A stretch of DNA of 60,958 bases, filler included. It is 4 parts of 4 records of this genome, joined end to end, with 100 filler letters (N's around TTAATTAATTAA, not from the genome) between each part and the next. Parts side by side here need not be neighbours in the genome. Positions count along the whole stretch, not along the records: positions 34,595 to 60,958 come from SRR31156797_17575; 3 more parts are not named here. One strand, given 5' to 3'. The notes under the pieces were generated by a model, which was given only the letters and a program-made list of their open reading frames with translations, was not told the origin of the DNA and searched no databases. The first letter of the stretch is position 1. Each line of letters starts with the position of its first letter. This document shows, piece after piece, positions 46,512 through 56,768 of the stretch. The translations under genes were made by a program, and so were the position numbers.

Positions 46512-48953
46512 TTGATGCGTTTTTCCAAATTCTCCCAAACAGCCCCTTTGATCCTGACCCTTGTATTTTACCTGGCCTGCCTATTTCTGGCCTCAGGGAT
46601 GGAACTGGATGAACGGGTCACGGCCCTGCTACCGGATTCCGATCCCCAGGTAAGGGATTTCAACACCTTTATCACCCAGGTACCGGCGGCCGAAGCGCTA
46701 TACATACAGATTGACACCCAAACCGAGGATCCAAAACTTCTGGCAAAGGCCGGGGATGCGGTTTACGCCGCCATCAAGGAGACCCCTTATTTTTCCGATA
46801 TTCTCTACCGCTTTTCCCGGGACAGCCTCACCGGTCTTCTGGATCTTGTCAGCCGGAACAAGTATTGGCTGCTCGATGATGAAGACCTGGCCCTGGCAGA
46901 ATCCCGGATGACAAAACAGGGCCTGGCCACCCTGATACCGGATATCAAACGGCGGCTGATTTCGCCCTCGGGCTCGTTCTCGGCAAAGGGCCTGGCCAGG
47001 GATCCCCTGGGCCTGGATGCCCTCATCCTCAAACGGCTGGCCGCCTTCCAGGCGGAAATGCCCGGGGCCAGAGCCGGAGAATCAAGAATAATCAGCAGAG
47101 ACGGAAAAAGCCTGCTCATGGTTGCCTCCCCCCTTTTCCCGGCCGTGGAAACCAATAAATCACAACAGATGTTATCCCTGCTCAACCGGGAACGGGAGCG
47201 GATCACCTCGGCCTTTGACCATAAAATCCGCATCGGGTTTTCAGGGGTTCATCCCGCGACTCTGGACAACGCCGCGACCATACAGTCAGATGTCAAACGG
47301 GCCGTCCTGGTGATGACCCTTGGCATATTTCTCATGGGTATTTTATTTTTCAGCCGGTTCTACCATGTGATATTAATCTTTGTACCCACCCTGGTCAGCC
47401 TGACCTTTGCCGCTGCACTAGCCGCCTTGATCACCCCTAAAGTCTCGGCCATTGCCCTGGGGTGCGGTGCCCTGCTTGTGGGCATCACCGTTGATTTCGG
47501 CATCCACATCCTCTTCCATGCGGACACCCTGGGCACTGGCCAGGCCCATGCCATTGTCAAAAAACTCAAACAGCCCGTCATCATTGGAGCCGCAACAACA
47601 ATGGGGGCCTTTGGCTGCCTCATTTTTTCCTCCCTTCCGGGACAGCGGCAGATGGGCTGGCTATCCATTGCCGGAATTTTCATGGCTGCCGCCTTTGCCC
47701 TGACTATTTTAAAATATTTCATCACTATCAAACCCTGGCATCCCTCTCCCCCCCTTGTTTCCCTTGAGGGCTTTACCAGTGCATTGATGGGATTCAGAAA
47801 AAGACATACCGCCCTGCTCGCCCTTGCCTGCCTGGCCCTGACAATTGCCGGCATTGCCGGCCTTACCCGGTTTACCTTTGAAGGGGATGTCTCAGCCCTC
47901 AACCACCTGAGCCCCGGAACCCAGGAAGACATGGACAGGTTCCTTGCCACCTGGGGAAAGGCCAGCCCCTCCATTTTCATGGTTGAAGCCCCCGGCCTTG
48001 ACCAGGCGCTGGAAAAAAACGACGCCCTTTTCCAAAGATTAAAACATATGGAAAAAGACGGAATCATCTCCAGTTTTGCCTCCCTGACCGGAATTTTCCC
48101 TTCAAGAACAGAACGGGAAAAACGGCTGGCAGCCGTAAGACAGGTCTTTTCACCCCAGCGGACAGCCCTGTTGAAAAAAGAACTGGAGCAGGCCTGCCTG
48201 GCCAACGGATTTGCCGGGGATGCCTTTTCACCCTTTATCCGGGAACTGGAAGAAATCGAAAATCCACCGGCCAGTTTCAAGCTTGAAGATTTCACACACA
48301 CAATAATCTATCCCCTGATAAAATCCAAATTGATCATTAAACCTGAAAAGGTCATGGTGATGACCACGGCACAGATATCTGACAAATCCCAAATTCCGGC
48401 AATCTCGGCCCGAATTAAAAAAGAGATTCCCGGAACCCTGTTCATTGACAAGCCCTATTTGGTCCGGAAGATAACCGGGCTGGTTGGGGCCGAGTTTAAA
48501 CAATTTTTTATCTGGGCCGGGCTTTCCATGGTGGTGATCCTGATCCTGTTCCAGCGGCAAATAAAACTTGCCGCCGTCACCATTATCCCTGTATCCTTAA
48601 GTGCTGTGATCACCGCCGGTATCCTCGGGCTGGCAGATATTCCCGTCAACCTCATCAGTATCGTATTCATCATTTTCGTATTCGGGGTGGGGGTGGACTT
48701 TTCCATTTTCCTGGTCCACCATGAAACAAACCCCGCCCCGGACAAGAGGCAAATCACACCGGGCGCCGTGCTCATCTGCGCCATGACCACCATAGGGGCC
48801 TTTACCTGCCTTTGCTTTGCCCGGCACAAGGCCCTTTTTTCCATCGGAGCCGCAGGTCTCACCGGAATGACGGTCAGCCTTTTTTTGGCCCTGGTCATCA
48901 TCCCCTTTCTCTGCGAACACTGGGTCTGCCCCCCTTCCAAGGAGGATATATGA
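46512..48953 (+). CDS. MMPL/RND-family lipid exporter
   Basis: Two TM bundles with GITVDFGIH and GVGVDFSIF motifs; large periplasmic loops. Confidence 0.85.
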   Translation: MMRFSKFSQTAPLILTLVFYLACLFLASGMELDERVTALLPDSDPQVRDFNTFITQVPAAEALYIQIDTQTEDPKLLAKAGDAVYAAIKETPYFSDILYRFSRDSLTGLLDLVSRNKYWLLDDEDLALAESRMTKQGLATLIPDIKRRLISPSGSFSAKGLARDPLGLDALILKRLAAFQAEMPGARAGESRIISRDGKSLLMVASPLFPAVETNKSQQMLSLLNRERERITSAFDHKIRIGFSGVHPATLDNAATIQSDVKRAVLVMTLGIFLMGILFFSRFYHVILIFVPTLVSLTFAAALAALITPKVSAIALGCGALLVGITVDFGIHILFHADTLGTGQAHAIVKKLKQPVIIGAATTMGAFGCLIFSSLPGQRQMGWLSIAGIFMAAAFALTILKYFITIKPWHPSPPLVSLEGFTSALMGFRKRHTALLALACLALTIAGIAGLTRFTFEGDVSALNHLSPGTQEDMDRFLATWGKASPSIFMVEAPGLDQALEKNDALFQRLKHMEKDGIISSFASLTGIFPSRTEREKRLAAVRQVFSPQRTALLKKELEQACLANGFAGDAFSPFIRELEEIENPPASFKLEDFTHTIIYPLIKSKLIIKPEKVMVMTTAQISDKSQIPAISARIKKEIPGTLFIDKPYLVRKITGLVGAEFKQFFIWAGLSMVVILILFQRQIKLAAVTIIPVSLSAVITAGILGLADIPVNLISIVFIIFVFGVGVDFSIFLVHHETNPAPDKRQITPGAVLICAMTTIGAFTCLCFARHKALFSIGAAGLTGMTVSLFLALVIIPFLCEHWVCPPSKEDI

Positions 48954-50461
48954 GCCGCCAGGAGCAATTTGACACCATCATCATCGGATCCGGGATCAGC
49001 GGAATGGCAGCCGGCATCATCCTGGCCAAAGAGGGGGAAAAGGTCCTGGTCCTGGAGCAGCACACCCTGGCCGGCGGCCTGACCCAGACCTTTAAACGGG
49101 GAGGTCTTGTATTTCCCACAGGGGTTCACCGTTTAGGGGCCCTTAACCCGGGACAGCCCCTGTGGTATTTTTTTCAATACCTGGGTCTCATGGACCGGCT
49201 GGCGATTGTCCCCATGTCCGGCCGGGGATTTGAATCCTATTATTTCCCCGGGTGCAGTTTCACGGTACCCCAGGGCCGCAGGGCCTATAAGGCCAAACTT
49301 CTTTCCCTATTTCCGGGACAGGCAGAAGCAATTCACACATATTTCAAGGACATGGATGCCCTTGTAAACGGAATCCGGCTCTATAACCCGGGACAGACAG
49401 GCCGGCCGGACCGGTCCCGGGACTTTACAGGCCCCCTGGACGATTATCTCGTACACCTTGGCATCCACGGCCACCTTAAGAGCATTATCTGCGCCAACAA
49501 CCCCCTTTTCGGCCTGCCGACCAGCCAATGCCCTGTGATGACCCATTTTATCGTTTCAGATGCCTACCTGAACTCCAGTTTCAGAATTAATGAGGCAGCC
49601 ACCCCCTTTTCCCTTGCCCTGGTCCAGTGCCTGGAAGCGGCAGGGGGGACACTCAGGACAAACAGCCTGGTGACCCGGCTGCAAATTGAGGACAGGACTG
49701 TCCGGGGCGTGGAATTGGACTCCGGTGAAACCCTGGCCGGGGCCAGGGTGATTTATTCGGGCCACCCCTGCCTGCTGCCCGGCCTCTGTCCCCCAAAAAC
49801 CTTTAGGCCGGTATACCGAAAACGGCTTGAATCTGCCGAAAACACCCCCGGAATGTTCGGTGTGGGGCTGAAATGGGAAAAAAAGAATTGCCCTGTGGCG
49901 GATAATGACGCATATATTTATGACACTTGGGATGTAAACGGACATTATGACCAGACAAACGCAGACGAAAAGAATTCCGGTATGATATTTTTAAGCGCCC
50001 TGCCGGGAAAAAGCAACGATGATAAAGACCTGGCGGTTACTGCCCTGACCTGCCTTTCTGCCCGGGATTATGACCGGTTGAAAATAGAATATGCCGCTCC
50101 CGGAAAACAGGACTATAAAAAGGTAAAACTGAAGATCGCAGAAAAAATAATGGCCCGGATTGAGCAGACCTTTCCCGGAACCGGCTTCAGTCTTATGGAC
50201 ACCTACTCTCCGGCCACCTTTCACCGGTATACCCTCACCCCGGAAGGGTCGGCCTACGGCATTAAAAAAACAGCCCAGACATTTCTCCAGACCATGTTCA
50301 GCCCGGCAACCCGGGTCAAGGGCCTCTTTCTTACCGGACAGAATATCGGGTTTTCAGGCATCCACGGAGCTGTTTCAGCCAGTTTCAACCTCTGCCAAAA
50401 TTTTTTTCCAGAATCTTATTTAATGAACAAACTCAGTAAACAAGGCAAGGAGACCCTATGA
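48950..50461 (+). CDS. Phytoene-desaturase (CrtI)-like FAD oxidoreductase
   Basis: IIIGSGISG, LEQH...GG, SPATFHRY...GSAYG and LFLTGQ motifs; ATG at 48950 after GGAGG. Confidence 0.85.
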   Translation: MSRQEQFDTIIIGSGISGMAAGIILAKEGEKVLVLEQHTLAGGLTQTFKRGGLVFPTGVHRLGALNPGQPLWYFFQYLGLMDRLAIVPMSGRGFESYYFPGCSFTVPQGRRAYKAKLLSLFPGQAEAIHTYFKDMDALVNGIRLYNPGQTGRPDRSRDFTGPLDDYLVHLGIHGHLKSIICANNPLFGLPTSQCPVMTHFIVSDAYLNSSFRINEAATPFSLALVQCLEAAGGTLRTNSLVTRLQIEDRTVRGVELDSGETLAGARVIYSGHPCLLPGLCPPKTFRPVYRKRLESAENTPGMFGVGLKWEKKNCPVADNDAYIYDTWDVNGHYDQTNADEKNSGMIFLSALPGKSNDDKDLAVTALTCLSARDYDRLKIEYAAPGKQDYKKVKLKIAEKIMARIEQTFPGTGFSLMDTYSPATFHRYTLTPEGSAYGIKKTAQTFLQTMFSPATRVKGLFLTGQNIGFSGIHGAVSASFNLCQNFFPESYLMNKLSKQGKETL

Positions 50462-51675
50462 ACCGGGTGGTCATCACCGGGCAGGGACTCGTATCCCCCA
50501 TGGGCAACCGGGCTGAAGAGGTCTGGGACGGACTCCTCAGGGGCCGGACCGGAATTATCACCATGCCGGCCTGGAAAATGGTAAAAGACTTAAAAGTAAG
50601 TCTGGCAGGGGTCTGCAGTGGATACAATCCCAAACGGATCAATAGAAAAGACAGGCGGACCATGGGCCCCATGGCGGTTATGGCGGCCCTCTCAGCCATG
50701 GACGCCCTGGACCAGTCCCAAATTCCCCAAGAGGCAATCCAATCCCAAAGGGCCGGTGTTTCCATGGGATCCACCACCGGTTCCGGATATGTGCTCCAGG
50801 ACCTGTTCAATGATTTTTCCGAAACAAAGGGAATCTCCAGGCTTGAAGGCACGGCTTTCATGAAAATCATGAACCATTCGGTTGCCGCCAACCTGGCCGC
50901 CATGCTGGGAGCCAGGGGGCGGGTGATCTCCCCCTGCTCGGCCTGCGCCACCTCCACCCAGGCAATCGGCATGGGCTATGAAACCATCCGAAACGGCATC
51001 CAGGACATCATGGTATGCGGCGGGGCCGACGAGCTTCACCCGTCCACGGCAGGGGTATTTGACGTATTAAATGCCGCCTCAAGGCAGACAGAACCGGGAC
51101 TGGGCCCCAGGCCCTTTGACAAAAACCGGGACGGCCTTGTGGTCGGTGAAGGAGCCGGGGCCCTGGTCCTGGAAAGCCTGGACCATGCCCTGGAACGGAA
51201 GGCCGGTATTCTGGGGGAAATCATCGGCTTTCATACCTGCTGCGACGGGGCACACATGACCAGCCCCCAGGATGAGGGCATGTGTGCCTGCATGACCTCC
51301 GCCCTGGCCTCAGCCGGATGTTCCGTCCGGGACATCGACTATATCAATGCCCATGCCACCGGCACCCTCATGGGGGATGCCGCAGAATCCCGGGCCATTG
51401 CCACACTGGGAGGCCATTGTATCCCGGTGAGCGCCACCAAGGGATATACCGCCCACACCCTGGCAGCCTCGGGGGTAATGGAAACCATATTCTGCCTGAA
51501 GATGATGGAACACAACACCCTCATTCCCACACGGAACCTGGAATCCCCGGTTGAAGACTGCGCCGGCATTGCCCATGTCCTTAACCCTGTTGAAAAAACT
51601 ATTGATACGGTGATGACCAGTAATTTTGCCTTTGGCGGCATCAACGCCACCCTGATTTTAAAAAAATATTCATAA
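50458..51675 (+). CDS. Beta-ketoacyl-ACP synthase (FabF/ApeR-like)
   Basis: RVVITG, SACATS, NAHATGT, AHTLAASG and NFAFGG motifs. Confidence 0.92.
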   Translation: MNRVVITGQGLVSPMGNRAEEVWDGLLRGRTGIITMPAWKMVKDLKVSLAGVCSGYNPKRINRKDRRTMGPMAVMAALSAMDALDQSQIPQEAIQSQRAGVSMGSTTGSGYVLQDLFNDFSETKGISRLEGTAFMKIMNHSVAANLAAMLGARGRVISPCSACATSTQAIGMGYETIRNGIQDIMVCGGADELHPSTAGVFDVLNAASRQTEPGLGPRPFDKNRDGLVVGEGAGALVLESLDHALERKAGILGEIIGFHTCCDGAHMTSPQDEGMCACMTSALASAGCSVRDIDYINAHATGTLMGDAAESRAIATLGGHCIPVSATKGYTAHTLAASGVMETIFCLKMMEHNTLIPTRNLESPVEDCAGIAHVLNPVEKTIDTVMTSNFAFGGINATLILKKYS

Positions 51676-51685
51676 AGGAGTTTCA

Positions 51686-52432
51686 ATGACATTAAAACCC
51701 CAAGAACCTTCACAGGAAACAATCCTTGTTACCGGCGCCAGCCGGGGGATCGGACGGGCCATTGCCAAAGGGCTTGCAGGCCCTGACCGGTTTATCTACA
51801 TCAATTACCAGTCCAATGAAGCAGAGGCTGCCGCCACCCTTGAACTGATCGAACAGGCAGGGTCCAAAGGGGCCCTGCTTCCCTTTGACGTAACGGATCA
51901 AGCGGCTGCCCACAAAGCGATCAAAAAAATCATGGAGGAAAAAGGATTCATTGATATCCTGGTCAATAACGCGGGCATCAGAGATGATATGCTCATGGTC
52001 TGGATGAAAACAGAAAACTGGCAGAAGGTCATGGATACCAATTTAACCGGATTTTTCAATGTGACCAAGCCGGTGGTGAAAAAAATGCTGTCCAAGCGGA
52101 AGGGGCGAATCATCAACATCACCTCCACCTCCGGTCAGATGGGCCAGGCCGGCCAGGTGAACTACTCGGCCTCAAAGGCCGGGCTCATCGGGGCGACACT
52201 GGCTTTGGCCAGGGAAATTGCCAAACGGAACATCACCGTTAATGCCGTGGCCCCGGGATTCATTGAGACCGATATGGTCGATGGGCTCCCCGTTGAACAG
52301 ATCGTCCAGTCTGTGCCGGCGGGCCGCCTGGGAAAACCCGAAGAGGTGGCCCAGGCTGTCGCCTTTCTTTGCTCCCCCGGGGCCGGATACATCACGGGCC
52401 AGGTGCTGGGCGTCAACGGCGGCATCTGTTAG
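51686..52432 (+). CDS. fabG: 3-oxoacyl-ACP reductase
   Basis: TGASRGIG, NNAG, YSASK and VAPGFIET SDR motifs. Confidence 0.9.
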   Translation: MTLKPQEPSQETILVTGASRGIGRAIAKGLAGPDRFIYINYQSNEAEAAATLELIEQAGSKGALLPFDVTDQAAAHKAIKKIMEEKGFIDILVNNAGIRDDMLMVWMKTENWQKVMDTNLTGFFNVTKPVVKKMLSKRKGRIINITSTSGQMGQAGQVNYSASKAGLIGATLALAREIAKRNITVNAVAPGFIETDMVDGLPVEQIVQSVPAGRLGKPEEVAQAVAFLCSPGAGYITGQVLGVNGGIC

Positions 52433-52440
52433 GAGAGACT

Positions 52441-53673
52441 TTGAAACCATCAGTCGCCATTACAGGCATGGGCATTGTTTCCTGCCTGGGCACCGGACTT
52501 GATACCGTTGCCCTGGCCCTGGAACAGGGCCGGTCAGGCATTGTCCTTGACCGGACCAGAGAGGAAAAGGGCTTTAAATCCCCCTTAACGGCCGAACTCC
52601 CCGAAATTTTCCCAAAGGCCCAGGGGCTCAGCCGGAAACAGATGAGGACCATGTGCGAGCCGGCCCTTTATGCCGCAGTGGCCGCAACCCAGGCCATTGA
52701 AGATTCAGGACTTGACACAGGGGACCTCCAAACCCCCAGGTGCGGGGTAATTTTCGGCAATGACAGCACCATAAGGGCCGGAGTGGAGTCCATTGATATT
52801 GCCAGGGAATACAATGAAACCCATTATATCGGATCCGGGTATATTTTCAGGGCCATGAACTCCACCATTACCATGAACCTGGCCGGACTTTTGGGCACCC
52901 AGGGGGCCAATTGGACAGTGAGTGCGGCCTGCGCCAGCGGGGCCCACGTCCTTGGCCAGGCCCTGATGCTCATCAGAAGCGGAATGCAGGATATCATCGT
53001 TGCCGGCGGGGCCCAGGAAACCCATTGGACCTCAATGGCCAGTTTTGACGCCCTGAATGCCTTTTCCTCCAGGATTGATTCGCCCTGTGAAGCCTCCCGC
53101 CCCTTTGACAAAGACAGGGACGGCCTGGTCCCAGGGGGGGGAGGGGCCTGCCTCATCATCGAATCCATGGACCATGCCCTGGCCAGGAAGGCAAAAATAT
53201 ACGGCACCATTGAAGGGTATGGATTCTCTTCGGGCATCGGCAGGACATTATCGGATCCCGGCACCCTGGGATCCCTTACGGCCATGGAACAGGCATTGAA
53301 AGACGCCGGCCAGTCCCCGGAATCCGTTGACTACATCAATGCCCATGCCACCTCCACCAGAGCAGGCGACCTGGCAGAAGCCCGGGCCATCCACCAATTG
53401 TTCGGACCGGACACCCCGGTATCTTCCACCAAATCCATGACCGGGCACGAATGCTGGATGTCAGGGGCCAGCGAAGTCATTTATACGGCCCTCATGGCCG
53501 ACAAGGGGTTTATTGCCCCCAATATTAATTTTAAATCCCTGGACAAAGACTGCCCGGCCATCAATGTAATCTCCCATACCCGGCAGCAAAAAATCAAAAG
53601 GGCCGTATCCAACTCCTTTGGATTCGGCGGGACCAACGGATCCCTGGTGCTGAACTTTGAGGGGGGGCACTAG
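52441..53673 (+). CDS. Beta-ketoacyl-ACP synthase (FabB/F-like)
   Basis: TTG start after AGGAGA; VAITGMG, AACASG, NAHATST, GHECWMSG and NSFGFGG motifs. Confidence 0.9.
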   Translation: MKPSVAITGMGIVSCLGTGLDTVALALEQGRSGIVLDRTREEKGFKSPLTAELPEIFPKAQGLSRKQMRTMCEPALYAAVAATQAIEDSGLDTGDLQTPRCGVIFGNDSTIRAGVESIDIAREYNETHYIGSGYIFRAMNSTITMNLAGLLGTQGANWTVSAACASGAHVLGQALMLIRSGMQDIIVAGGAQETHWTSMASFDALNAFSSRIDSPCEASRPFDKDRDGLVPGGGGACLIIESMDHALARKAKIYGTIEGYGFSSGIGRTLSDPGTLGSLTAMEQALKDAGQSPESVDYINAHATSTRAGDLAEARAIHQLFGPDTPVSSTKSMTGHECWMSGASEVIYTALMADKGFIAPNINFKSLDKDCPAINVISHTRQQKIKRAVSNSFGFGGTNGSLVLNFEGGH

Positions 53674-54482
53674 TGTACACCTATTACACACAACGGCTGC
53701 GGCACAATTCCGGGAAATCGCTGTTCCTTTTGGTCATGAATTTTTTCCTGATCCTATCGCTTGCCCTGTGGACCCTGGCCGGCCTTATTCTCTTTCCCCT
53801 GGCTTTTCTGGTACTAAGATACCCGGGCAGACGGTCCACCCCCTGGATTACCAGATGGTGCATCTGGATTTACGGACGGGTATGGCAATTGTTCACCCGG
53901 CTCTTTGTGATTTTCGAGCCCCTCCAATATGATGCCGCACAGTTTAAGACCCCGGGAATCATTGTGGTAAACCACCGGTCGTTTTTCGATACCTATTGCA
54001 TGAATATGCTCCCTGTCTCCGATGTCTGTTTCGCCGTCAGAGACTGGCCGTTTCACATTCCAATATACAATCTTTTCATGGAAAAGGCCGCCTATATGAA
54101 CATTGAAAAATTTTCCTGGGAAACTTGCCTGTCCCGGGCGAAACAAACCCTTGCCCGCAAGGGTTTTGTCCTTTTTTTCCCCGAAGGTCACAGAAGCCAG
54201 ACCAGGGAAATGACCCGGTTTTATTCAGGCGCCTTTAAGATGGCGGTTGAAACCCGAACCCCCATCATCCCGGTCTGCCTCACCGGCACCCAGGACCTGC
54301 TTCCCCCGGGGCGCCGTTTTATGGCCCCGGCCAGGATTAAAATGAAGGTTCTGGATCCTGTATACCCTGAGGAATTTTCAGGGGAAATGAAACACCAGGC
54401 CATGAAAAAAAGAGTAAAGGAAACCATGGCCCGGGAGCTGGCATCCATGGATGCAATTGAAATAACGACTGTGGAAAATTAA
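53673..54482 (+). CDS. Lysophospholipid acyltransferase (PlsC-like)
   Basis: NHRSFFD (HxxxxD) and FFPEGHRS motifs. Confidence 0.88.
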   Translation: MYTYYTQRLRHNSGKSLFLLVMNFFLILSLALWTLAGLILFPLAFLVLRYPGRRSTPWITRWCIWIYGRVWQLFTRLFVIFEPLQYDAAQFKTPGIIVVNHRSFFDTYCMNMLPVSDVCFAVRDWPFHIPIYNLFMEKAAYMNIEKFSWETCLSRAKQTLARKGFVLFFPEGHRSQTREMTRFYSGAFKMAVETRTPIIPVCLTGTQDLLPPGRRFMAPARIKMKVLDPVYPEEFSGEMKHQAMKKRVKETMARELASMDAIEITTVEN

Positions 54483-54493
54483 AGGCGCCTCCA

Positions 54494-54952
54494 ATGAAAA
54501 AGCCCTATTTCAAACTATCACCGGATGCCCCGTCTCCCCTGCGGGGGAGTGTCAAACGACGTATCCGTTTCCAGGAGGTGGATATGCTCACCATTGCCTG
54601 GCACGGCCATTATACCAGTTTTTTTGAAGATGCCCGGGTGGAACTGGGGGACCGATATCAAATCGGCTATATGGATTTTTACAACCACGGCATTTTGGCT
54701 CCGGTTAAAACCGCCCATGTGGATTTTATCCGCCCCTTAAAATTCAAAGATGAAATCACCATAGAAGGAATCTTCCACTATTCCGATGCTGCCAGGCTCA
54801 ACAGCGAGTATATCATCAGGAATCCCAAAGGAAAGATTGCAGCAACCGGATATATCGTCCAGATGATGCTGGACACGGATTATCATCTGTTTTTAACCCA
54901 GCCTGAATACCTCAAAGAATTCTGCCGCCGGTGGAAAACCGGACAATTGTAA
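54494..54952 (+). CDS. 4HBT/YbgC-family acyl thioesterase
   Basis: FQEVDMLTIAWHGHYTSFFEDAR motif. Confidence 0.87.
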   Translation: MKKPYFKLSPDAPSPLRGSVKRRIRFQEVDMLTIAWHGHYTSFFEDARVELGDRYQIGYMDFYNHGILAPVKTAHVDFIRPLKFKDEITIEGIFHYSDAARLNSEYIIRNPKGKIAATGYIVQMMLDTDYHLFLTQPEYLKEFCRRWKTGQL

Positions 54953-56052
54953 TGACCCGGGTTTTTATTACAGAGGCAAGGGTGATCACCGCCCTGGGCC
55001 GGGGCCTGGATAGATTATATCGCAGACTCCTTGACGGAAAAAGAGGCTTTTCCAAGGTGGATCGGTTTGACACAACCCCCTATGTCAGTTCCCATGCAGG
55101 CCTCATTCCGGACCTTTATTCCCCAATCGCCACTGAAACATCTGCCGTCATAACCCTGGCCGAAAAACTTATGGAGGATCCATGGCAAATGGACCGGACA
55201 GGGCTGCTGATCACCGCCTCAACCAAGGCTGGGATTGATCTGATGGAACAGGGCTCGGAATTTCCCGTATCCGGCCTGCCGGGGCGCCTGGCCCGGGAGC
55301 TTGGCCTGGAACGGCCCGGGTTCAATATCAATGCAGCCTGCGCCTCATCGACCATTGCCATTGCCAAGGCCGCAGACCTGATAAGCCGGGGAAGGGAAAA
55401 GACAGTTTTCATCATTGCCCTGGACCTGGTCTCTGAATTTGTATTTTCTGGTTTTTCCGCCATCGGTGCCATGGCACCGGATCCGGCCCGGCCCTTTGAC
55501 AAAAACCGCCAAGGTTTAACCCTGGGAGAGGGAGCAGCCTTCCTGGCCCTTACCAATGAAGAAAGCCTTAAAGACCGGCCGGCACTGGCGGAACTCAAAG
55601 GATGGGGCATCGCAGGGGACGCCGCCCACCTGACCGCACCGGACAGAAACGCCACGGGCCTGAAATCAGCCGTTGTCAAAGCCTGCAAAATAGGAAATAC
55701 AGCACCAGAAAAAATCAGGGCCATTAATACCCACGGTACCGGAACGGTTTATAACGATGCAATGGAGCTGACGGCCATACATGAGCTTTTTCCGGACACC
55801 GTCATGGCCAACTCCATAAAGGGGAGTGTCGGCCATACATTGGGCGCTGCCGGGGCCATTGAAACCGCCCTGTGCATCAAGCTTCTGGAAAAAAGAATAC
55901 TGCCGGGAACAACGGGACTGAACACACCTGTCCAAGGGGCCGCCCCCCTTTTCAGCACCCAAAACCGGGAATTTGAAAAAGGGCCGGTTTTAACAACAAA
56001 CTCGGGTTTCGGTGGGATTAATGCCGCCCTTATCCTTGGGGATGTCCAATGA
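54952..56052 (+). CDS. Beta-ketoacyl-ACP synthase (Cys-His-His)
   Basis: NAACASS, NTHGTGT, GHTLGAAG and SGFGG motifs; TAATG coupling. Confidence 0.9.
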   Translation: MTRVFITEARVITALGRGLDRLYRRLLDGKRGFSKVDRFDTTPYVSSHAGLIPDLYSPIATETSAVITLAEKLMEDPWQMDRTGLLITASTKAGIDLMEQGSEFPVSGLPGRLARELGLERPGFNINAACASSTIAIAKAADLISRGREKTVFIIALDLVSEFVFSGFSAIGAMAPDPARPFDKNRQGLTLGEGAAFLALTNEESLKDRPALAELKGWGIAGDAAHLTAPDRNATGLKSAVVKACKIGNTAPEKIRAINTHGTGTVYNDAMELTAIHELFPDTVMANSIKGSVGHTLGAAGAIETALCIKLLEKRILPGTTGLNTPVQGAAPLFSTQNREFEKGPVLTTNSGFGGINAALILGDVQ

Positions 56053-56768
56053 AATTGTCTGTCACCATCAAAGGAATGGGATGGGTATCCCCCGAATCAA
56101 TGGGCCGGCCCGGCCATATCCGAAAATTCGACACCCCGGAAGAAAGCGCCGGGCTTTCAGGAAAATCCGTGCTTGGGACCCCCTATAAACCCTTTGGCCG
56201 AATGGACCACTTCTCCAAACTGGGATTCTCCGCCATTGCCTTTGCCATGGCCGATGCAAAAATATCCCCGGTGAAAAGGGAAGACAGCTCCGGGAGAACA
56301 AGGGAAACCGCCCTCATTGCTGAGTCCCGGTCCGGATGTATAGAAACGGACCGCCTCTACCAGGCCACCCTGTCCCGGACCGGCACCCGTCTGCCCAGCC
56401 CGGCCCTGTTCGCCTACACCCTTCCATCCTGTTTTCTGGGAGAGGCGGCCATTTACTACGGCCTCACCGGAGAGTCCTATATGATTGAAGAAACCACCGG
56501 CTCTGGTCTCACAGCCCTTGATTCTGCCATGGACTGCCTGGACAGAGGCGGTTATGAATCAGCGGTCTGCGGTATCTGCAATTCAGATCCGGTTCCCGGG
56601 GCATTTTTTATGGTTCTTGAATCCATGGCATCCGGGACCCAAGCCGGCCCCCGGGTCATCACAAGGGATGAAAACGGCCGGTTCTATTTTGAAACCCACC
56701 ATATCAGTCACCTGGCCGGCCTTGTATTGTGCAATGCCGGCCAGGACGCCCATAAGGAAAATATATGA
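56049..56768 (+). CDS. Short ketosynthase N-terminal-domain / chain-length-factor-like protein
   Basis: FGRMDHFSKLG and PSPALFAYTLP motifs; no catalytic Cys motif. Confidence 0.75.
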   Translation: MKLSVTIKGMGWVSPESMGRPGHIRKFDTPEESAGLSGKSVLGTPYKPFGRMDHFSKLGFSAIAFAMADAKISPVKREDSSGRTRETALIAESRSGCIETDRLYQATLSRTGTRLPSPALFAYTLPSCFLGEAAIYYGLTGESYMIEETTGSGLTALDSAMDCLDRGGYESAVCGICNSDPVPGAFFMVLESMASGTQAGPRVITRDENGRFYFETHHISHLAGLVLCNAGQDAHKENI

